Virus record (IMG/VR): IMGVR_UViG_3300045988_003406
Coordinates: 1 to 5,176 of that record
DNA length: 5,176 bases
Reading direction: 5' to 3' (one strand)
Source: a virus
Of this stretch, positions 1 through 4,259 are shown piece after piece (position 1 is the first letter of the stretch; every line of letters starts with the position of its first letter). The position numbers were made by a program, and so were the translations under genes. The notes beneath the pieces are model-generated. The model saw only the letters and a program-made list of their open reading frames with translations. It did not search any database and had not been told where the DNA came from.

Positions 1-127
1 CTGGTATAGCTCGGCAATGGTATGAAGATCATCCAGGTATCTATGAGTATGACAGTATAAATTTGTCTACCAGTAAAGGCGGTATGAAGATACGTCCCCC
101 TAAGTATTTTGATAAGCTGTTTGATTT
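1..127. repeat. Terminal redundancy copy 1 (identical to 5050..5176). It marks the arbitrary break point of a circular 5049-nt genome
   Basis: Seen directly: the first 127 bases of the window recur exactly as its last 127 bases. The duplicated segment lies inside an uninterrupted reading frame (the rep C-terminus), as expected for an assembly overlap rather than a biological repeat. Confidence 0.9.
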
Positions 128-293
128 GGAGCAGCCTGGTGCTTTGGATGAGATCAAGGAGAAGCGTAAGCACTTTGCTGAACAGGCTAAGAAAGGTATG
201 ATGGCTCAAACTAATTTAACCTATGAGCAGCTGCTTAAGGTCAAGGAGGAGAGTTTTCATAATCGTATCAAAACATTGAAGCGTGAATTGTGA
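1..293 (+). CDS. VP4: C-terminal segment of the replication initiator protein (VP4-like Rep). It continues the ORF that starts at 4260 and ends at TGA 291..293
   Basis: The frame of 63..293 is the same frame as the open read-through from 4260 to the window end once the 5049-nt circular offset is applied (63 corresponds to 5112). Track ORF 63..293 is therefore only the tail of rep, and its TTG 'start' is internal. Full rep = 4260..5049 joined to 1..293 = 1083 nt, about 360 aa. Confidence 0.85.
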   Translation, partial: GIARQWYEDHPGIYEYDSINLSTSKGGMKIRPPKYFDKLFDLEQPGALDEIKEKRKHFAEQAKKGMMAQTNLTYEQLLKVKEESFHNRIKTLKREL

Positions 294-307
294 AAGGAGT
301 TTTTGTT

Positions 308-421
308 ATGGCAAAGCGTCAGCCCCGAAGTCAGGATAGGCAGGTGTTTCGGCATACTGCTATCAATGCAAAGAGGATTAATGTAAATCCTAAAGTTTAT
401 CGTGGAGGTATACGGATGTGA
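308..421 (+). CDS. Small, highly basic 37-aa protein (MAKRQPRSQDRQVFRHTAINAKRINVNPKVYRGGIRM). It is a candidate DNA-binding/packaging protein analogous to phiX174 J and gokushovirus ORF8
   Basis: ATG at 308 follows AAGGAG (294..299) with an 8-nt spacer. The product has 10 Arg/Lys in 37 aa and no acidic bias. It sits immediately after the rep stop, and its TGA (419..421) overlaps the next GTG start (418). It is not in the ORF track, presumably because it is below the length cutoff. Small basic proteins at this position are typical of gokushoviruses, and the C-terminal RGG-x-R motif is recalled from ORF8-like proteins, though that is memory and not verified here. Confidence 0.5.
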   Translation: MAKRQPRSQDRQVFRHTAINAKRINVNPKVYRGGIRM

Positions 422-639
422 GAGACATAGTTGAGGAAAATGCGATTAGGACATTTCGTGGTTTCTTAGAGCGTCAAGGTTTCATTGACATCTCTATTCG
501 TCGTGGTCGTGAGTTTGGTAGGTTTGTTTGTACTGCTTATGACCCTTTCGACTGTAAGGTCTTTTCCCGTGAGTATGATGTTTCGGAGATGCAGTGTATT
601 ACCCATGCTAACAAGATTTTTTGGAGGTATTTCAGATGA
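418..639 (+). CDS. Hypothetical 73-aa protein of unknown function
   Basis: GTG 418 is preceded by GGAGGT (404..409) with an 8-nt spacer. Third codon positions are strongly T-biased, as in the confident genes. Its stop TGA (637..639) overlaps the ATG of the next gene (ATGA). The alternative-frame ORF 485..670 lacks this codon bias. Confidence 0.5.
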   Translation: MRDIVEENAIRTFRGFLERQGFIDISIRRGREFGRFVCTAYDPFDCKVFSREYDVSEMQCITHANKIFWRYFR

Positions 640-899
640 ATTTTGGAGTTTATGCTATTCGCGATGTTAAGTCTGGTTTTATGTCTCCGACCGTCGAGGT
701 CAACAATGAGGTAGCTATTCGTAATTTTGCCTATGCTGTGCTGCATAATGAGATGTTTGATTCGTTTGCGTCTGATTACTCGTTTTATCGGATTGGTGAT
801 TTTGACACAGATACTGGTATCCTTAAGCCTTATGCTCCCCCTGTGTTTTTGCTCGAGGCTAGGGCTACTGCCCGCAAGGAGGTGAAAGGTGATGAGTAA
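636..899 (+). CDS. Conserved small microvirus protein, 87 aa, VP5-like/non-structural, function unknown
   Basis: ATG 636 is preceded by GGAGGT (623..628) with a 7-nt spacer. The track ORF begins at an upstream in-frame TTG at 621, but the SD supports 636. The product MNFGVYAIRD...FYRIGDFDTDTGIL carries the 'YAIRD' and 'F/LYRIG-FD--TG-L' motifs, which I recognise from a small protein family recurrent in gut and gokushovirus genomes. That recognition is from memory, not from a search. The stop TAA 897..899 overlaps the VP3 start (ATGAGTAA). Confidence 0.6.
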   Translation: MNFGVYAIRDVKSGFMSPTVEVNNEVAIRNFAYAVLHNEMFDSFASDYSFYRIGDFDTDTGILKPYAPPVFLLEARATARKEVKGDE

Positions 900-1392
900 T
901 TTTGAGACAAGGTATCGACCCCAGCGACATTTTTATAGTGGTCATGGTGATCCTGTTAAGGTGCTTTATAGTCCTGAGTTCGATAAGAATGGTGTAATGT
1001 CTCTTAAAAAGTCTGGCCGTGAGAATCTGTATGACTATATCCAGTCTCATCGTGATAGTGTGGATATTCACAAAATCCTTCAGCGTTTCGAAGAAGGTGA
1101 CGTGGCTGCCCTTTCTAAGGTCCAAGGTCAGTTTGGTGATTTCTCCCAGTTCCCCAAGACTTATGCCGAGATGCTTAATCAGGTGATCGAGGGCGAGAAT
1201 GCTTTTAATAATCTTCCACTTGAAATTCGTGAGAAGTTTGGCCATAGTTTCCAGCAGTGGCTTGCTACTGCCGGTTCTGATGAGTGGTCCGAAAAAATGG
1301 GCTTTCGTCCTACGCCTGCAGGCGTGGACAACCCGTCCCCCGAAGGGGCGCAAGCCCCTTCCTTTGAACAACAGAAAGAAGGTGTTGAATAA
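892..1392 (+). CDS. VP3: Internal scaffolding protein (gokushovirus VP3-like), 166 aa
   Basis: AAGGAGGTG at 877..885 sits 6 nt upstream of ATG 892; the track start GTG 889 is in frame 1 codon upstream. The product contains 'ENLYDYIQSHRDSVDIHKILQRFEEGD' and 'KTYAEMLNQVIEGENAFNNLPLEIREKF', which match the conserved core of gokushovirus VP3 scaffolding proteins (pattern ...IQS-KDS-DI--IL-R...GD... known from Chlamydia/Bdellovibrio microvirus VP3). The stop TAA (1390..1392) overlaps the VP1 ATG (TAATG). Confidence 0.8.
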   Translation: MSNFETRYRPQRHFYSGHGDPVKVLYSPEFDKNGVMSLKKSGRENLYDYIQSHRDSVDIHKILQRFEEGDVAALSKVQGQFGDFSQFPKTYAEMLNQVIEGENAFNNLPLEIREKFGHSFQQWLATAGSDEWSEKMGFRPTPAGVDNPSPEGAQAPSFEQQKEGVE

Positions 1393-3062
1393 TGTCCAGG
1401 AATGCGAATACACGCTTTGCACTGAATCCTACTAATCTTGATATTTCTCGGTCTAAATTTAACCGGAATCATTCGCTTAAGACTTCGTTTAACGTTGGTG
1501 ACGTAGTGCCGTTTTATGTTGATGAGGTATTGCCAGGTGATACTTTCCAGCTTAAAACGTCTCTTGTTGCTCGTATGCAGACGCTTATTACTCCTATGAT
1601 GGATAATATTTATCTGGATACGTATTTTTTCTTCGTTCCTAACCGTCTCACCTGGAATCATTGGAAGGAGTTTAATGGTGAAAATACTCAAAGCGCTTGG
1701 TACCCTTCTGTTGAGTATTCGGTCCCTCAGCTCACAGCACCGGCTACTTCTGGTTGGTCTATCGGTACTCTTGCTGATTATTTTGGTATTCCTACCGGAA
1801 TCTCTAATCTCAGTGTTAACGCGCTTCCTTTCCGAGCTTATGCCCTTATCATGAATGAGTGGTTCAGAGATGAAAATTTGTCTGATCCTCTCTCTGTGCC
1901 TGTCGATGATGCTACTGTCGTTGGTGTTAATACTGGCAATTACATTACTGACGTAGCTAAAGGTGGTCTTCCGTTTAAGGCTGCTAAGTATCACGACTAT
2001 TTCACTAGTTGTTTGCCAGCGCCGCAGAAAGGTCCGGATGTTACTATTCCGGTTGCCGATATTGGTAATGCTCCTGTTGTGCCTTTGTCTGCTAATGTTC
2101 CTACTTCTTTGTTTACTGGTCAGGCTTATAATGCTGTAAGACTTGATGGTTCTTCTTTTTCTGGTTCTGGTACTTATGGTATTGGATTTAATTTGGCTGA
2201 TGGTTCTCAAGTAGATTTTGGTGGTTCTACTGCAGGTAATTCAACTAATAGGACAGTGATTTCAAATTTGTGGGCTGTTCAGTCTGGTGGTGCTGCCGCT
2301 GCTACTATCAATCAGCTTCGTATGGCTTTTCAAATCCAGAAACTTTACGAGCGTGACGCCCGTGGTGGTACTCGGTATATCGAGATTCTAAAATCTCACT
2401 TTGGCGTTACGAGCCCAGACGCGCGTCTACAGCGGCCTGAATACCTCGGAGGTAATCGGATACCCATTAACATCAATCAGGTCGTACAGAGCTCTGCAAC
2501 GGCTACTGAGGGCACTCCGCTTGGTGATACCGCTGCTTTCTCTCTCACTACAGATACGCATGGCGACTTTATCAAGTCTTTTGTGGAGCATGGCTTCATC
2601 ATTGGCGTGATGGTTGCTCGCTATGACCATACCTACCAGCAAGGTCTTGAGCGCTTTTGGTCTCGCAAGGACCGCTTCGATTATTATTGGCCTGTTTTCG
2701 CTAATATCGGTGAGCAGGCAGTTCTTAACAAGGAGATTTATGCTCAAGGCAATGAAAAGGACGATGAGGTATTTGGTTATCAGGAAGCTTGGGCTGATTA
2801 TCGTTATAAGCCTTCTCGTGTTACTGGTGAAATGCGTTCCTCTGCGCCTACTTCGCTTGATGTTTGGCATTTGGCTGATGAGTACACTCAGTTACCTACT
2901 TTGTCTGATTCTTGGATTCGCGAGGATAAATCCAATGTTGACCGTGTTCTGGCTGTGACTTCTGCTGTGTCCAATCAGATGTTTGCTGATATCTATGTAC
3001 AGTGTGAGGCTACTCGGCCTATGCCTGTGTACTCTATTCCTGGTCTTATTGATCATCACTGA
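1392..3062 (+). CDS. VP1: Major capsid protein (Microviridae F/VP1 family, gokushovirus-type), 556 aa
   Basis: It is the longest ORF. The N-terminal region 'RSKFNRNHSLKTSFNVGDVVPFYVDEVLPGDTF...ITPMMDNIYLDTYFFFVPNRLTWNHW' is the hallmark of microvirus major capsid proteins. The more C-terminal 'INQLRMAFQIQKLYERDARGGTRYIEILKSHFGV...PEYLGG' is also hallmark. A Gly/Ser-rich variable insertion (about nt 2013..2306) sits where gokushovirus VP1 carries its large surface loop. Confidence 0.95.
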   Translation: MSRNANTRFALNPTNLDISRSKFNRNHSLKTSFNVGDVVPFYVDEVLPGDTFQLKTSLVARMQTLITPMMDNIYLDTYFFFVPNRLTWNHWKEFNGENTQSAWYPSVEYSVPQLTAPATSGWSIGTLADYFGIPTGISNLSVNALPFRAYALIMNEWFRDENLSDPLSVPVDDATVVGVNTGNYITDVAKGGLPFKAAKYHDYFTSCLPAPQKGPDVTIPVADIGNAPVVPLSANVPTSLFTGQAYNAVRLDGSSFSGSGTYGIGFNLADGSQVDFGGSTAGNSTNRTVISNLWAVQSGGAAAATINQLRMAFQIQKLYERDARGGTRYIEILKSHFGVTSPDARLQRPEYLGGNRIPININQVVQSSATATEGTPLGDTAAFSLTTDTHGDFIKSFVEHGFIIGVMVARYDHTYQQGLERFWSRKDRFDYYWPVFANIGEQAVLNKEIYAQGNEKDDEVFGYQEAWADYRYKPSRVTGEMRSSAPTSLDVWHLADEYTQLPTLSDSWIREDKSNVDRVLAVTSAVSNQMFADIYVQCEATRPMPVYSIPGLIDHH

Positions 3063-3098
3063 TGGATCAATGTAATTTCGAATTTTTCTTTATAGGAC

Positions 3099-3117
3099 GC
3101 GCGCCCCTGCGCTTTTT
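3099..3117 (+). terminator. Candidate intrinsic terminator downstream of VP1: a short GC-only hairpin (GCGC-loop-GCGC) followed by TTTTT
   Basis: Seen in sequence: gcgcgcccctgcgc followed by ttttt, 37 nt after the VP1 stop. The stem is only 4-5 bp, so it is weak. A nested GACG...CGTC pairing (3096..3123) is also possible. Confidence 0.3.
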
Positions 3118-3137
3118 GACGTCTTGTAGAGGATGCA

Positions 3138-3161
3138 AAGGAGGGGGCAGGGGCCCTCCTT
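3138..3161 (+). promoter_or_regulatory. Stable hairpin: 8-bp stem AAGGAGGG/CCCTCCTT with an 8-nt G-rich loop, in the VP1-VP2 intergenic region
   Basis: Seen in sequence: aaggaggg ggcagggg ccctcctt. One arm is a perfect Shine-Dalgarno-like AAGGAGG that is not followed by a start codon at proper spacing. The real VP2 SD (AAGGAG 3173..3178) is downstream. Possible roles are RNA stability/attenuator element, decoy SD, or a ssDNA hairpin for complementary-strand synthesis priming. Confidence 0.45.
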
Positions 3162-3184
3162 GGTCGTTATGAAAGGAGATATTT

Positions 3185-4158
3185 ATGGCTGTTAATTCTG
3201 CTCGTACTGGAGCTATTGTAGACGGCTCTTCGAGGTTTCTTGCTAATGCTGGTAATGCAATGAAGCTTAATTCTATTGATTCCCGGCTTGGTACTGTGTA
3301 TAATACATTAAGTTCAATTACTGGTGCAAATACAGCGGCTTCGGCAAAAGAGGCTTCCCAGTTGCGTGATTGGCAGTCGGAGCAAGCTCGCCTGGCGAGA
3401 GAGTTTAATTCCCAGGAAGCTGCGAAAAACCGTGATTGGCAAAAAATGATGAGCGATACGGCTCATCAAAGGGAGGTTGCAGACCTTGTTAAAGCTGGCT
3501 TAATCCTGTTCTTTCCGTTACTGGTGGTAACGGTGCTGCTGTTTCTTCCGGTGCCACGGCTAGCACATCAGCTCCTTCAGGTGCTATGGGTCATATTGAT
3601 AGTAGTGGTGCTTCTGCTTTTGTGGCTTTTCTTGGTGGTCTACTTAACCAGATGACTCAATTGGAGACGGCTCGTGTTAGTGCAGAGAGTAATCAAGCGA
3701 TTGCGGACAAATATACAGCGATGTCTAAGTACACAGCGGATTTACAGGCTCAAACTCAACTTAATACTGCTACGATTAGTGCTATGGCTTCGCGCTATGC
3801 AGCGGACGCTCATCTTTCTGGTGCCTATGCTTCCGCGGCTGCTACTAAGGCCTCGGCTGCTATTCATGCTGCTGCGCAAAAGTACGGTTCGGATGTGGCT
3901 GCGATGACGCAGAAGGAGATCGCTCAGTTTAATGCTGATGTTAATAAGGATCTTCAGGAAGCTGGATTTAAACAGCAGTTTGATATTAAGTCTGCTTTTC
4001 CGGAAAATGGTTGGCAGTATGCCAATTCTTTAGGTGATTGGTTTTCTGGTAATTCTTCTGGTCGTGGTTTTACTGGTACTTTGGATTCTATTTTTTCGAT
4101 GTTTAATGGAGGTAGTTCTTCGAAGGGTTCGTTCCGTGCTGGTGGTTCTGGTCGTTAA
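3185..4158 (+). CDS. VP2: Minor capsid/DNA pilot protein (VP2-like), about 324 aa, interrupted by a 1-nt frameshift at about 3500..3504 (track ORFs 3185..3655 and 3586..4158)
   Basis: AAGGAG at 3173..3178 sits 6 nt before ATG 3185. The first frame encodes '...DWQKMMSDTAHQREVADLVKAGL' and then degenerates into a poly-hydrophobic out-of-frame tail. The -1-shifted frame, which re-reads A3502, is open from 3493. It continues 'NPVLSVTGGNGAAVSSGAT...' through a Gly/Ala/Ser-rich region to a Gly-rich C-terminus. The fused 'NTA-QR-VADLKAAGLNP' is the conserved VP2 motif of gokushoviruses. The shift falls at the A-run in 'ggcttaatcct' (expected 'ttaaatcct'). Confidence 0.8.
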
Positions 4159-4162
4159 CGAC
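4151..4162. other. Perfect 12-bp palindrome GTCGTTAACGAC spanning the VP2 stop codon
   Basis: Seen in sequence; it is its own reverse complement and is centred on GTTAAC. Function unknown; it could be a protein-binding site or a minor hairpin. Confidence 0.5.
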
Positions 4163-4180
4163 TGAGGCTGGAAGGCGTTT

Positions 4181-4221
4181 CAGTGGGAACCAATACATTC
4201 TTGATATATTGGTTCCCACTG
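4181..4221 (+). other. Perfect 15-bp inverted repeat (CAGTGGGAACCAATA / TATTGGTTCCCACTG) with an 11-nt loop 'cattcttgata'. Candidate rolling-circle (+)-strand origin or other cis-acting replication/packaging hairpin
   Basis: Seen in sequence: 4181..4195 is the exact reverse complement of 4207..4221. The element lies in the 101-nt VP2-rep intergenic region, 39 nt upstream of the rep GTG start. Its loop/3'-arm junction reads CTTGATAT (4200..4207), identical to the 8-nt core of the phiX174 gene-A nick site (CAACTTG^ATATTAATAAC, quoted from memory). Confidence 0.55.
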
Positions 4222-4259
4222 ACACCACCAGATTTCCGAGTACGGAAAGAGGTGAAAAA

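Noticed and set aside
63-293. Track ORF 63..293 as an independent 76-aa gene
   Set aside because: It is the C-terminal tail of the rep ORF that starts at 4260 and wraps through the circular junction. Its TTG start is simply an internal Leu codon.
1179-2210. 343-aa minus-strand ORF antisense to VP3/VP1, with other minus-strand ORFs at 865..1422, 537..746, 2427..2870, 4155..4745 and 4866..5081
   Set aside because: The translations are low-complexity (Arg/Ser/Ile/Asn-rich) and have no SD. They are the expected by-product of reading the complement of a T-rich, third-position-biased coding strand. Microviridae encode all genes on the packaged (+) strand.
2401-2958. Alternate-frame + strand ORFs inside VP1 (2401..2610, 2614..2958), inside VP2 (3674..3907) and inside the 73-aa gene (485..670)
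   Set aside because: They are nested in well-supported genes and lack SD sequences. They lack the third-position T bias of the genuine frame. Their products are Leu/Arg-rich low-complexity peptides.
3075-3086. Near-palindrome AATTTCGAATTT after the VP1 stop
   Set aside because: Only the central TTCGAA is a true dyad and the flanks do not pair. It is too short and too imperfect to call.
3116-3145. Sigma70-like promoter: TTGACG at 3116..3121 in the VP1-VP2 spacer
   Set aside because: There is no acceptable -10 hexamer at 16-18 nt spacing; the downstream sequence is the G-rich hairpin. I could not support a promoter call here. Likewise TTGATA/TATATT in the 4196..4210 loop lack a correctly spaced partner.
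3503-3655. Striking poly-hydrophobic 'transmembrane-like' tail (ILFFPLLVVTVLLFLPV...LLLLWLFLVVYL) at the end of track ORF 3185..3655
   Set aside because: It is the out-of-frame continuation after the VP2 frameshift point. The real reading frame there is the overlapping one encoding NPVLSVTGGNG..., so this tail is a T-rich compositional artefact and not a membrane domain.
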